In this document: positions 38,921 to 52,426 of the stretch, in pieces
How the letters are laid out: every line of letters starts with the position of its first letter
Numbering within the stretch: position 1 is the first letter of the stretch
DNA from: Eledone cirrhosa
Lineage: Eukaryota
Reading direction: 5' to 3'
Assembly: GCA_964016885.1 (NCBI GenBank)
Contig: OZ024741.1
Location: forward strand, 399,218,001-399,282,000
Length of the DNA stretch: 64,000 nt
Notes under the pieces: model-generated
Databases searched by the model: none
What the model was told of the DNA's origin: nothing
The model's input: the letters and a program-made list of their open reading frames with translations, nothing else
Position numbers and translations under genes: made by a program

Positions 38921-39721
38921 TTTATTACAGTTCTAAAGACGTGGGTGTTAATGAGGAATACTTTAAGGATGTAGTTCTCCTGGAGATGTTGGATTGTGAG
39001 ACAGTTCCGGTTAAGGGAATTAAATGGCTGTGATAAACATAACTAATTAAGGTGTGGTTGTGTTAAAGTATTCAAGCATTCGGAGCAAGTATTGTCAAAC
39101 AGATTGGAAATTCATTAGACAGCTGCTAGAGGTTTACTTTAAATCAGCTGTTGGAAGTAATTTGGGATGGTATGTTTCTTCCTATTAGACGGAAATATAC
39201 CGCTGAATCTATTGATATAATGTTTGCTAATCATAATTATTTTCAAAATACCTAATTTAGTAAAGTGGAGCTTCGTATAGGTATAACTCTATTGTGTCCG
39301 CCATTTTGTTTCTATAATGTAAGTCAGGATAAGAGAGATTGTCAATGAACTTCCCACGCCATCCAACATTTGTCACACTGAGCTGCTTAATGTTCAGCTT
39401 CAATAATTACTAGGCGACGGGAACTGAATTCCAGAATTCCAGAGGGTTGCTATAAGGGCTTCCTGGTTCTTATCAGTAAGTTGTGTTTTATCTATAAAGG
39501 AAGCAGTTTTAAATGGTACAGCCCTCTTAAGTGTAAATAGCTACTCTGGAGCATGAGAAAATACTCCCTTATAAAAACCAAAAGAAAAAAAAGTTTTTTT
39601 TTTTAAAGTTAATATGTGCTTCGGTATCTTAATGTACTGCCTCTAATTCTCTTGTTGATAAGAGTTTCAGTAAGTTAACTTTCCCAAGATAGTCTAAGTC
39701 TGTCTAAAGACAGAAGGCTCA

Positions 39722-40013
39722 TTAATCCGGTGCTTATCCCAGTTTCATGGCGTGAAGCGACAGGGAGTACAAGAACATCCCCCAACCTAGACAGGACACC
39801 AGTCCATCACAATGTTAAAGTCCTTCTCGAGTCCACAAACTCGCCAGGCGGGTGCTTATGTGAAGTGACTGAAAATACAAGGCACCCCGCCTAGACAAGA
39901 CGCCAGTCCATCACAGGGTTACTCCCCTAGACAGGACGCCAGTCCATCACAGGATTAAACTCCCAGCTACTGCTGGTACCCATTTTCAGTTGAGTATATT
40001 GGAGCAACGTGAA
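39722..40013 (-). mobile_element. SINE group B fragment, tail iii
   Basis: Triplicated ctagacaggacgccagtccatcacagg and gctggtacccattttcag. Related to 60772-61010. Confidence 0.7.
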
Positions 40014-40117
40014 AAGATAGACTAAATGAAAATTAAGTCATAGAGCTGTGTCCCTACACACAAATTTAATAACATAAGTCAGTGATTGGTAAGGAAATCT
40101 CTTAAGACTTCGTCCAT

Positions 40118-40162
<45 letters not shown>

Positions 40163-40194
40163 CATACATATATGTATGTATGTATCTATCTATC

Positions 40195-40710
40195 TATCTA
40201 GGGCAGGTAAAATTCCCGAGATCCATGGACGAGTTCTCCCCAGCGGTCTCTGTCCCTCATTATTGCTGCCATGTCCTGCGTCTCCAACAGACCAGTGTTT
40301 GTCATTAGGGCATCAACATACGTTAACCTTGGTCTTCCTCTTCCAGTGTGTCCATGTAGGGGCTCCCACAGGAACAGTGCAGTGTCAACTCTGGATGTCG
40401 GTGAGCATGTCCAACTAACCTCAGTCTCCTCTGTGTCACTTTTGAGCTGACTTTTGGGAGGCTCCCGTACAGCTCTGAGTTCTTCATCCTCAGTGTATAC
40501 TGATTAATGTTCAGAGCAGGAGAGTTAAGGCAAAACAGATATTGGATGCTGAATTTGCCGACGACATAGTTTTGGTGACAAACACAGTGAAGAAGGCAGA
40601 GGATTTGATGCAGAGGGTTGAGACTGTGTCGATGAGTGTGTGGCTAAGAATGAATGAGATTAAGACAAATATCTGGTAGAGAATATTAAGAAGCCAGAGA
40701 AGATTACTAA
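40195..40710 (-). mobile_element. RTE-clade LINE with inverted 5' segment
   Basis: 40195-40515 (-) matches the 3' part of 33078-33535. 40517-40710 (+) translates as ILDAEFADDIVLVTNTVKKAEDLMQRVE...MNEIKT, which includes the RT FADD motif. Confidence 0.82.
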
Positions 40711-40734
40711 TGTATATATATATAATATAGATGA

Positions 40735-40783
40735 GATTCTATAGCACTAGAACTGTTTCATTCTTTAGAAATCATCAGGAATC
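40735..40783 (-). ncRNA. Type I hammerhead motif (sister of 17257-17303)
   Basis: GAUUC-CUGAUGA-uuuc uaaa gaau-GAAACAG...CU-AUA-GAAUC. Confidence 0.65.
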
Positions 40784-40790
40784 AGGGATG

Positions 40791-40836
<46 letters not shown>

Positions 40837-41167
40837 CTATTGGATGAGGTAGGTTGATGGAACTCAAGCTACTTCAAGCAGATATTGAACTCAAAATATC
40901 AAACTAACAAAACAGTACAAAAGCACTAACAACACACGAGTCAACAAAGAAGCTTCTATATGGTCTCTTGATATGCTGAAACCATCAGCCAAATGTTCGT
41001 CATATCATACGCTACTGCTTTAAATTTTGACTTGTTCATTCTTTAAGTGAGTACATTTATTAGTTGTCGTTCTATATATATGTACATAATACATAATGCT
41101 CAACTAGTACTAATGTACTAATACTCAACTTCATATATGGAAAAATAATGTATAGCGTTAAAAAGTT

Positions 41168-41246
<79 letters not shown>

Positions 41247-41495
41247 ATATACATATATGATCGACTTCAACGTGGTCCCCAGCATGGCCGCAGTCAAGTG
41301 GCTGAAACCTGTATCAAGATGAGTAAACAATCACATACATACACACAAACACACTTATGTATATGCATACATACACACATACACACATATATATATTCAT
41401 ACACACCAAATGTCCTGGGAATTGGTGAATAAGTTGCTTACGTCTAGCCTATCACACACACACACACACATATATATATATACACACACACACAC

Positions 41496-41571
<76 letters not shown>

Positions 41572-42074
41572 GGCTAGACGCTAGACACAAGAATCATTTG
41601 CACCAAGTTTGCAGGATATTTGGCATATTCTAATTGCCAATCCTAATTTTAGTCACAAGTTTTAGATATCGGTCTTACAACACCGCACCAAAATAACCTT
41701 GATATCGTGTGGTAAATTCGTTACACATACACAGCCTCTATCGTTTGACTGCAGGAGATGACAAAACTCATGCTCCACCCATTGTAGTCCCCTGGTCATG
41801 TGACTATCTTTACTAAAACAGAGAATCGTAAAGAATGCCGTCAAGTAATTAATATCCAATGTTCTAACGTTAAATTTCTTCATAGAATAAATCTCTACTA
41901 TAGTAAGACAGGCAGCGAATTAGTAGATTCGTTAGAACGTCGGATAGAATGCGTTGTAGTATTTGTATCGTCTCTCTGCTTTCTGAGTTCAAATCCCAGT
42001 GAGGGCAACTTTGCCATTCATTCCTTCGAAGTTGCTAAAAAAAAATACCAGCCCAGTACTGGGGTAGACTCTAC

Positions 42075-45000
42075 CTCTATATCTCTTTTTCTCACCCTCT
42101 CTATCTCTTTCTCCCTTCCTTTTTCTCACCCTCTCTATCTCCTTCTCACTTCCTTTTTCTCACCCTCTCTATCTCTTTCTCCCTTCCCTTTTCTCACCCT
42201 CTCTATCTATTTATCACTTCCTTTTTCTCACCCTCTCTATCTCTTTCTCACTTCCTTTTTCTCACCCTCTCTATCTCTTTCTCCCTTCCTTTTTCTCACC
42301 CTCTCTATCTCTTTCTCCCTTCCCTTTTCCCACCCTCTCTATCTATTTATCACTTCCTTTTTCTCACCCTCTCTATCTCTTTCTCACTTCCTTTTTCTCA
42401 CCCTCTCTATCTCTTTCTCACTTCCTTTTTCTCACCCTCTCTATCTCTTTCTCCCTTCCTTTTTCTCACCCTCTCTATCTCTTTCTCACTTCCTTTTTCT
42501 CACCCTCTCTATCTCTTTCTCCCTTCCTTTTTCTCACCCTCTCTATCTCTTTCTCACTTCCTTTTTCTCACCCTCTCTATCTCTTTCTCCCTTCCTTTTT
42601 CTCACCCTCTCTATCTCCTTCTCACTTCCTTTTTCTCACCCTCTCTATCTCCTTCTCACTTCCTTTTTCTCACCCTCTCTATCTCTTTCTCCCTTCCCTT
42701 TTCTCACCCTCTCTATCTCTTTCTCACTTCCTTTTTCTCACCCTCTCTATCTCTTTCACCCTTCCTTTTTCTCACCCTCTCTATCTCTTTCTCCCTTCCT
42801 TTTTCTCACCCTCTCTATCTATTTATCACTTCCTTTTTCTCACCCTCTCTATCTCTTTCTCACTTCCTTTTTCTCACCCTCTCTATCTCTTTCTCCCTTC
42901 CTTTTTCTCACCCTCTCTATCTCTTTCTCACTTCCTTTTTCTCACCCTCTCTATCTCTTTCTCACTTCCATTTTCTCACCCTCTCTATCTCTTTCTCCCT
43001 TCCTTTTTCTCACCCTCTCTATCTCTTTCTCACTTCCTTTTTCTCACCCTCTCTATCTCTTTCTCCCTTCCTTTTTCTCACCCTCTCTATCTCTTTCTCC
43101 CTGCCCTTTTCTCACCCTCTCTATCTATTTATCACTTCCTTTTTCTCACCCTCTCTATCTCTTTCTCACTTCCTTTTTCTCACCCTCTCTATCTCTTTCT
43201 CCCTTCCTTTTTCTCACCCTCTCTATCTCTTTCTCACTTCCTTTTTCTCACCCTCTCTATCTCTTTCTCACTTCCTTTTTCTCACCCTCTCTATCGCTTT
43301 CTCCCTTCCCTTTTCTCACCCTCTCTATCTCTTTCTCCCTTCCTTTTTCTCACCCTCTCTATCTCTTTCTCACTTCCTTTTTCTCACCCTCTCTATCTCT
43401 TTCTCCCTTCCCTTTTCTCACCCTCTCTATCTCTTTCTCCCTTTCTTTTTCTCACCCTCTCTATCTATTTCTCCCTTCCTTTTTCTCACCCTCTCTATCT
43501 CTTTCTCCCTTTCTTTTTCTCACCCTCTCTATCTATTTCTCCCTTCCTTTTTATCACCCTCTCTATCTCTTTCTCACTTCCTTTTTCTCACTCTCTCTAT
43601 CTATTTCTCCCTTCCTTTTTCTCACCCTCCCTATCTCCTTCTCACTTCCTTTTTCTCACCCTCTCTATCTCCTTCTCCCTTTCTTTTTCTCACCCTCTCT
43701 ATCTATTTCTCACTTCCTTTTTCTCACCCTCTCTATCTATTTCTCCCTTCCTTTTTCTCACCCTCTCTATCTCCTTCTCCCTTTCTTTTTCTCACCCTCT
43801 CTATCTATTTCTCCCTTCCTTTTTCTCACCCTCTCTATCTCCTTCTCCCTTTCTTTTTCTCACCCTCTCTATCCATTTCTCCCTTCCTTTTTCTCACCCT
43901 CTCTATCTCTTTCTCACTTCCTTTTTCTCACTCTCTCTATCTATTTCTCCCTTCCTTTTTCTCACCCTCCCTATCTCCTTCTCACTTCCTTTTTCTCACC
44001 CTCTCTATCTCTTTCTCCCTTCCTTTTTCTCACCCTCTCTATCTATTTCTCACTTCCTTTTTCTCACCCTCTCTATCTATTTCTCCCTTCCTTTTTCTCA
44101 CCCTCTCTATCTCCTTCTCCCTTTCTTTTTCTCACCCTCTCTATCTATTTCTCCCTTCCTTTTTCTCACCCTCCCTATCTCCTTCTCACTTCCTTTTTCT
44201 CACCCTCTCTATCTATTTCTCACTTCCTTTTTCTCACCCTCTCTATCTATTTCTCCCTTCCTTTTTCTCACCCTCTCTATCTCCTTCTCCCTTTCTTTTT
44301 CTCACCCTCTCTATCTATTTCTCACTTCCTTTTTCTCACCCTCTCTATCTATTTCTCCCTTCCTTTTTCTCACCCTCTCTATCTCCTTCTCCCTTTCATT
44401 TTCTCACCCTCTCTATCTATTTCTCCCTTCCTTTTTCTCACCCTCTCTATCTATTTCTCCCTTCCTTTTTCTCACACTCTCTATCTATTTATCACTTCCT
44501 TTTTCTCACCCTCTCTATCTATTTCTCCCTTCCTTTTTCTCACCCTCTCTATCTATTTCTCACTTCCTTTTTCTCACCCTCTCTATCTATTTATCACTTC
44601 CTTTTTCTCACCCCCTCTATCTATTTCTCACTTTCTTTTTCTCACCCTCTCTATCTCTTTCTCCCTTCCTTTTTCTCACCCTCTCTATCTCTTTCTCCCT
44701 TCCTTTTTCTCACCCTCTCTATCTCTTTCTCCCTTCCTTTCTCTCACCCTCTCTATCTCCTTCTCACTTTCTTTTTCTCACCCTCTCTATCTCTTTCTCC
44801 CTTCCCTTTTCTCACCCTCTCTATCTCTTTCTCCCTTCCTTTTTCTCACCCTCTCTATCTCCTTCTCACTTCCTTTTTCTCACATCTCTATCTATTTCTC
44901 CCTTCCTTTTTCTCACCCTCCCTATCTCCTTCTCACTTCCTTTTTATCACCCACTCTATCTATTTCTCACTTCCTTTTTCTCACCCTCTCTATCTCTTTC

Positions 45001-46045
45001 TCCCTTCCCTTTTCTCACCCTCTCTATCTCTTTCTCCCTTCCTTTCTCTCACCCTCTCTATCTCTTTCTCCCTTCCTTTTTCTCACCCTCTCTATCTATT
45101 GTTCACTTCCTTTTTCTCACCCTCTCTATCTATTTCTCCCTTCATTTTTCTCACCCTCTCTATCTCTTTCTCCCTTCCTTTTTCTCACCCTCTCTATCTA
45201 TTGTTCACTTCCTTTTTCTCACCCTCTCTATCTATTTCTCCCTTCATTTTTCTCACCCTCTCTATCTATTTCTCACTTCCTTTTTCTCACTCTCTCTATC
45301 TATTTCTCACTTTCTTTTTCTCACCCTCTCTATCTCCTTCTCACTTCCTTTTTATCACCCACTCTATCTATTTCTCCCTTCCTTTCTCTCACCCTCTCTA
45401 TCTATTTCTCACTTCCTTTCTCTCACCCTCTCTATCTCCTTCTCACTTCCCTTTTCTCACTCTCTCTATCTATTTCTCCCTTCCTTTTTCTCACCCTCCC
45501 TATCTCCTTCTCACTTCCTTTTTCTCACCCTCTCTATCTATTTCTTACTTCCTTTTTCTCACCCTCTCTATCTATTTCTCCCTTCCTTTTTCTCACCCTC
45601 TCTATCTATTTCTCCCTTCCTTTGTCTCACCCTCTCTATCTATTTCTCACTTCCTTTTTCTCACCCTCTCTATCTATTTCTCCCTTCCTTTTTCTCACCC
45701 TCTCTATCTATTTCTCACTTCCTTTTTCACACCCTCTCTATCTATTTCTCACTTCCTTTTTCTCACTCTCTCTATCTCCTTCTCACTTCCTTTTTCTCAC
45801 CCTCTCTATCTCTTTCTCACTTCCTTTTTCTCACCCTCTCTATCTATTTCTCACATCCTTTTTCTCACCCTCTCTATCTATTTCTCACTTCCTTTTTCTC
45901 ACCCTCTCTATCTCCTTCTCACTTCCTTTTTCTCACCCTCTCTATCTCTTTCTCCCTTCCCTTTTCTCACCCTCTCTATCTATTTCTCACTTCCTTTTTC
46001 TCACCCTCTCTATCTCTTTCTCCCTTCCTTTTTCTCACCCTCTTT
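42075..46045. repeat. 34-bp polypyrimidine minisatellite, ~4 kb (~115 copies)
   Basis: Unit ctctctatctctttctcccttcctttttctcacc, which explains the 1415-aa and 394-aa ORFs. Confidence 0.98.
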
Positions 46046-46394
46046 AACCTTCTCTGTAAGAAATCTGTTGAATTCAGACCTGGAGAGAGATGGCCTCTGT
46101 CAAGGTTTTAAAAACTTTGCTTTTCCTCCTTTCGAGGCCGATAACAAAAGTACCAGTCTAATACTGGGGTCGATTCTTCCTCTATATCTCTTTCTCACTT
46201 CCAGTCTCTCACTCTCTCTCCTTCTCTGGAAGAAATCTGCTGTATTTAGACCTGGGGAGAAGGTTGAGTTCCACCAAGCTTAAAATGCCCCAGAAACGCT
46301 ATATGCCACTACGGTGCGCCAAAGACTCCATTAAGAGTTACAGGACCATGTAATACCATATCATACAGTGGTGTACGATTTTTACTGGGTAGGA

Positions 46395-46494
<100 letters not shown>

Positions 46495-46522
46495 GGCTGA
46501 GGCCATGCTGGGGTACCGCCCT

Positions 46523-46568
<46 letters not shown>

Positions 46569-46721
46569 TATCATACAAAGGAACTGAGAAGGACCTGTGC
46601 AACCCTAGAAACGCCGTATGTGAATACAACGCCCTCTACAACTCCCAACAGGAGTTACGGGACCATACCATACATACTACCAACCACATTTTTATCTGTT
46701 CCACCTTGGAATCACATATTA

Positions 46722-47350
46722 TTATTTATATAATTATTTATATAATTATTTATATAACTATTTATATAACTATTTATATAACTATTTATATAATTATTTA
46801 TATAATTATTTATATAATTATTTATATAACTATTTATATAACTATTTATATAATTATTTATATAATTATTTATATAATTATTTATATAACTATCTATATA
46901 ATTATTTATATAATTATTTATATAATTATTTATATAATTATTTATATAATTATTTATATAGTTATTTATATAATTATTTATATAATTATTTATATAACTA
47001 TCTATATAATTATTTATATAATTATTTATATAACTATTTATATAATTATTTATATAATTATTTATATAATTATTTATATAACTATTTATATAATTATTTA
47101 TATAACTATTTATATAACTATTTATATAATTATTTATATAATTATTTATATAATTATTTATATAATTATTTATATAATTATTTATATAACTATTTATATT
47201 ACTATTTATATAATTATTTATATAATTATTTATATAATTATTTATATAACTATTTATATAACTTTTTATATAATTTTTATATAATTATTTATATAACTAT
47301 TTATATAACTTTTTATATAACTTTTTATATAATTATTTATATAATTATTT
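46722..47350. repeat. 12-bp AT minisatellite (tataattattta)
   Basis: Direct tandem repeats. Confidence 0.97.
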
Positions 47351-47454
47351 ATTCTCACATTGTTATGTGTTATGTAATTTATAAGAGACGAGAAATATTT
47401 ACATTTCGCGAGAAATATACGCCAAGTAACGTGACTGACTTTATATAACTACAT

Positions 47455-49585
47455 TACATACATACACATACACACACCCTCACACACATACACACCCTCA
47501 CACACATACACACAACCTCGCATGCACACACACACCCTCGCACACATACGTACACCCTCGCATACATACACACACCCTCGCATGCATACACACACACACA
47601 CACCCTCGCATGCACACACACACCCTCGCATACATACACACACCCTCGCATGCACACACACAGACCCTCGCATACATACACACACACTCGCATGCACACA
47701 CACACCCTCGCATACATACACACATACACACTCGCATGCACACACACACACACCGTCGCACACATACACACACACTCGCATGCACACACACACCCTCGCA
47801 TACATACACACACCCTCGCATACATACACACACCCTCCAACATACACACACTCGCATGCACACACACACACCCACGCACACATATACACACCCTCGCATG
47901 CACACATACACATCCTCGCACACATACACGCAGCCTCGCACACATACACACACCCTCGCATACACACACACACCCTCGCATGCATACACACACCCTCGCA
48001 TGCACACACACACCCTCGCATACACACACACACACACACCCTCGCATACATACACACACCCTCGCACACATACACACACACACTCGCACACACACACACC
48101 CTTGCATGCACACACACACACACTCTCATGCACACACACACCCTCGCATGCACTCATACACCCTCGCATACATACACACACCCTCGCATGCACACACCCT
48201 CGCATACATACACACACCCTCGCATGCACACACACACACTCGCATACAAACATACACATACACACTCACACAAATATACACATACAAATGTACACAGACA
48301 CACACACACTTCACACACAGATACACACACTACCCACACACATACATACGCAAACACACATTCATACACAGACACTACACCTACATAAACACGCACAAAT
48401 ATACACACACACATACAATCACACACACTAATATACACATACATACACCCATACACACATTCACGCACACACACTACACATACACAAACAAATACACACC
48501 ACACGCAAACACATACACATTCGCACACATCGGCTATACATATACAAACTCACAAATATACACACAAAACACAAATATCTCTGCCTCACCCTCTCTCTCA
48601 CCCCCACTCATCTCTCACCTCCACTCAACTCTCACCCTTACTCATCCCTCACCCTCTCTCTCTCACTCCCACTCATCGCCCACCCTCTCTCTCACCCCCA
48701 CTCATCTTTCACCCTCACTCATCCTTCACCATCTCTCTCACCCCCACTCATCCCCCACCCTCTCTCTCACACAACTCGTCTCTCACCCCCACTCATCTCT
48801 CACCCTCACTCATCCTTCACCATCTCTTTCACTCCCACTCATCTCTCACCCCACTCACCCCACTCACCCCCACCCTCTCTCTCACCCCCACAAATCTCTC
48901 ACCCCCACTCATCTCTCACCCTCACTCATCCTTCACCATCTCTATCACCCCACATGTCTCTCACCTCCACTCAACTCTCACCCTCACTCATCCTTCATCC
49001 TCTCTCTCTCACCCCCACTCATCCCCACTCTCTCTCTCTTACCCCCACTCGTCTCTTACCCTCACTCGTCTCTCACTCCCACTCATCTCTCACTCTCTCT
49101 CCCACCCCCACCCAACTCTCACTCCCACTCATCTCTCACACACCAACCAATTTTAATCTAAACATTATATTTACATGTAAATTCCTTAAGCCAGCTGCTG
49201 CTGCTGAAATATCTTGGCTCAATTTCTTAATAAAATGGAAAGTATTTCTTCCTAAAGGTAATTACAGAAATACGACAACAACAACAGCAGCAGCAGTAAG
49301 AACAACAACAACAGTAACAATAACAGTAACAGTAACAACAACAACAACAGCAGTAACAACAACAACATCAGTAAGAACATCAACAATAGCAGGAAGAACA
49401 CACAGTAACAATAACAACAACAATAAGAACAACAGCAGTAAGAACAACACCACCAACAACAACAACAAGCACAACGACAACTACAACAACAGCAGTAACA
49501 ACAACAACAACAACAACAGCTACAACAACAACAACAGCAGTAACAACAACAACAATAACAACACCAATAATATCAACAACAAAAT
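47455..49585. repeat. Degenerate CA-rich (ccctcgca...), CT/CA-rich and (AAC)n simple repeats
   Basis: Directly visible, with a short unique island at ~49145-49270. Confidence 0.9.
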
Positions 49586-49850
49586 CTAAAATAAAATAAA
49601 GATTAGAAAGTAAGCCAAAACATGAATGAAAACAAACTCCGAAGAATTATAAAGAGTAAAAAAAAATCTGGTTTGAAGTAAAAGTTAAACGTTAACTAAA
49701 CGATAAGATGACGAAAGATTTTGGTAGAATTTAATACTTTAACAAATTCCTGCAGTTGTATGAAGAATAGCTGAGTTCATAAAAATTACTCCAAGTCAAT
49801 AATAGTCAGACTTCAGTGTAACAGTTTTATTATGATTTCAATTATATAAA

Positions 49851-50500
49851 TTGTTTCTACTTTTGGCACAAGGCCAGCAATTACTCAGTACATTACTGGT
49901 ACTTTATTTTATCGACCCTGTAAGGATGAAAGGTAAAGTTAACCTCGACGGGATTTGAACTCAGAGCGTAAAGGGACGTAACTATGCTGGAACGCATGGT
50001 ATCCGACCCTCTACCGATACTGTCAATTCACCTACCCCATTTCACTTATATAAATGGCAACAGATTAGCAGCAGAGACGGTGAAGCGTCCGTGCTTTGTG
50101 GTATAAAGTTACATCATTTTATGTCCTTTAATGTTCTGAGTTCCGCCGAGGTTATACCTTTCACTTTTATCCTTACGGAGTCGATACAATAAAGTACCAG
50201 TAACGTATTGGGGTCGATTTAATTGACTTTCTCCCCCCTCCCCCCAGATTTTTAGCCTTGTGCTTAACTCAGAAACCATCATTATCATACCCATGGCAGT
50301 ATCGGTAGAGGGTCGGACGCCATGCTTTGCAGCATAGTTACGGCCCTTGATGGTCTGAGTTCAAATCCTGCCGAGGTCAACTTTGCGTTTCGTCCTTCTA
50401 GGGCCGATGAAATAAAACACCAGTAACACACTGGGGTCGATTTAATCGACTTTCTCGTCCCCCTAAAATTGTTGGCCATGTGCCTAAATCAGAAACCATT
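49851..50500. mobile_element. SINE group A cluster (one minus-strand copy, two plus-strand copies)
   Basis: Core and head motifs as in the other group A copies. Confidence 0.82.
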
Positions 50501-50547
<47 letters not shown>

Positions 50548-50549
50548 TG

Positions 50550-50722
50550 TCGATCGACTTACGTCAAATCGGACCGAGGAAACAATGTTTCCGTTGGCCT
50601 TTCTAATTGCTAATATCTATCGTTCGCAACTCCAGGTAGAAGGAGCAACGTGAAATAAAGTGTCTTGCTCAAGGACATAACGCATCGCCCGTTCCAGGAT
50701 GAGAACTGACAACCTCACGATT
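50550..50722 (-). mobile_element. SINE group B, tail iv (copy at 57388-57602)
   Basis: cgatcgactt.cgtcaaa.cggaccgaggaaacaatgtttcc...ggagcaacgtgaaataaa.tgtcttgctcaagga. Confidence 0.8.
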
Positions 50723-50975
50723 GCTAATCTAGTTCTCATCTGGTTGATGGATGCGAAATCCGAAATATAGGGACAATTAAATCTCTCCCAAGATAACTCT
50801 ATCTCGTGTTATTATTTTTATTTTTTACGCTCTTTCCTACGTTCTTCTACACACTATACATCTCATTCAACATTTCCTCTTACATCTCTCTCTTCACCAC
50901 CGGATTCTGTTACCCGGAGATTTACCCATCTGCATTGTTGAGGCTTCCAAAACGACCAAATTTATATATATATAT

Positions 50976-51459
50976 AAATGGAAAAGAATGTAACGAAATT
51001 TCATTTCTCACTCTTAGTATGGCTGATACTTAAATGCAAGTATGTATGTACACGTACATACATATATGTATACAGACGCACAGTAGTATGTATATATATA
51101 CATACATGCACACATATATATGTTTGTATGGGTTTACCGAACATTTATTATAATGATCGGTTTGTTCGTTTGTAAACAAACAAACAGCCCGGATTACGCC
51201 GTACAGTGTTTAGACAACCACCGTCACCCATTTGTTCAACACTGACACAGGAACGATGTACTAGTTTCAAGCTTATTAGCTATCGTCAGCACCGTATACT
51301 TTCTTGCTAGATGGTTGAACGTCTGAAAGTATATACTTTCCTTATGCATATTAACGGCTGAGCAGCCTAATTTACATATCGAGTCGAGTGAGTTAGTCGG
51401 CCGGGCGCACCGAAAACGATAAATGGAAAAGAATGAAACGAAATTTCATTTCTCACTCT

Positions 51460-51461
<2 letters not shown>
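50976..51461 (-). mobile_element. Retrozyme-like 445-nt unit with ~40-nt terminal redundancy
   Basis: aaatggaaaagaatg.aacgaaatttcatttctcactctta occurs at 50976 and 51421, with an internal HHR and (TA)n on both sides. Confidence 0.8.
51250..51294 (-). ncRNA. Minimal type I hammerhead ribozyme
   Basis: cGGUG-CUGACGA-uAGCU aaua AGCUu-GAAAC ua GUA-CAUCg. The core is identical to 25526-25573. Confidence 0.8.
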
Positions 51462-51507
<46 letters not shown>

Positions 51508-52251
51508 CAGGTTACCTTGTCTATTCGCCCAATCTTAAGATTCTCACATATTTTCCTACATTCTTCAGAATACGTCTGAACGATATTTTAACTCAACGTT
51601 ACAATGTTATTTATCATCTCTTGTCTTGGGTGCTGCCAACCAAGTTCACCCTCTTTTGGGTGTATGCTGGCATGTGTCTGTCTGAGTGACAGTGTATCTG
51701 TGGCAGTGTGACTGTGTGCGTGTGGCTCTGTGTGTGTGTGACAGTGTGTGTGCGATTGTGTGTGTATGTGTGACAGTGTATCTGTGTGGCAGCGTGACTG
51801 TGTGTGTGATAGTATGTGTGTGTGTGTGTGTGTGACTGAAACTGTGTGTATGATAGTGTGTGTGTGTGTGTGACTAAGCCTGTGTGTGTGACTAAGACTG
51901 TGTGTGTGTGATAGTGTGTGTGTATGTGACTAAGCTTGTGTGTGTGTGATAGTGTGTGTATGTGACTAAGCCTGTGTGTGTGTTTCTTGGAACTGATCTC
52001 TCTCACGCTTGTGTGTTTCTTACAGTTCAAATTCCATTGTTACCACAGCATAGATAAGCCGTATCTGTGTCGACCCTGATATACGATATAAACACGCGAT
52101 GAGAGAGCCAGAGAACCTCTATCCAGGGTGGGGATATATTTTAATACCAGGGGTGAATTTGCAAGTGCATAAAAACCTGTTGGTCTGCATCTTTGCTTCT
52201 CTGCTGGGAAAATAAAACTTTACAAATTCATATATTAGATAACTATTATAT

Positions 52252-52426
52252 TTGTTTCTACTTTTGGCACAAGGCCAGCCATTATCCCAGTACATTACTG
52301 GTACTTTATTTTATCGACCCCGTAAGGATGAAAGGAAAAGTTGACATCGGCGGGATTTGAATTCAGACCATAAAGGGCCGTAACTCTTTGCTGCAAATCA
52401 TGGCGTCCGACCCTCTACCGATACCA
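52252..52426 (-). mobile_element. SINE group A with target-site duplication
   Basis: Flanked by tagataactattatatt on both sides. Confidence 0.85.

Noticed and set aside
41800-46283. 1415-aa and 394-aa ORFs
   Set aside because: They are translations of a 34-bp pyrimidine minisatellite that lacks stop codons by composition, and they have no domain content.
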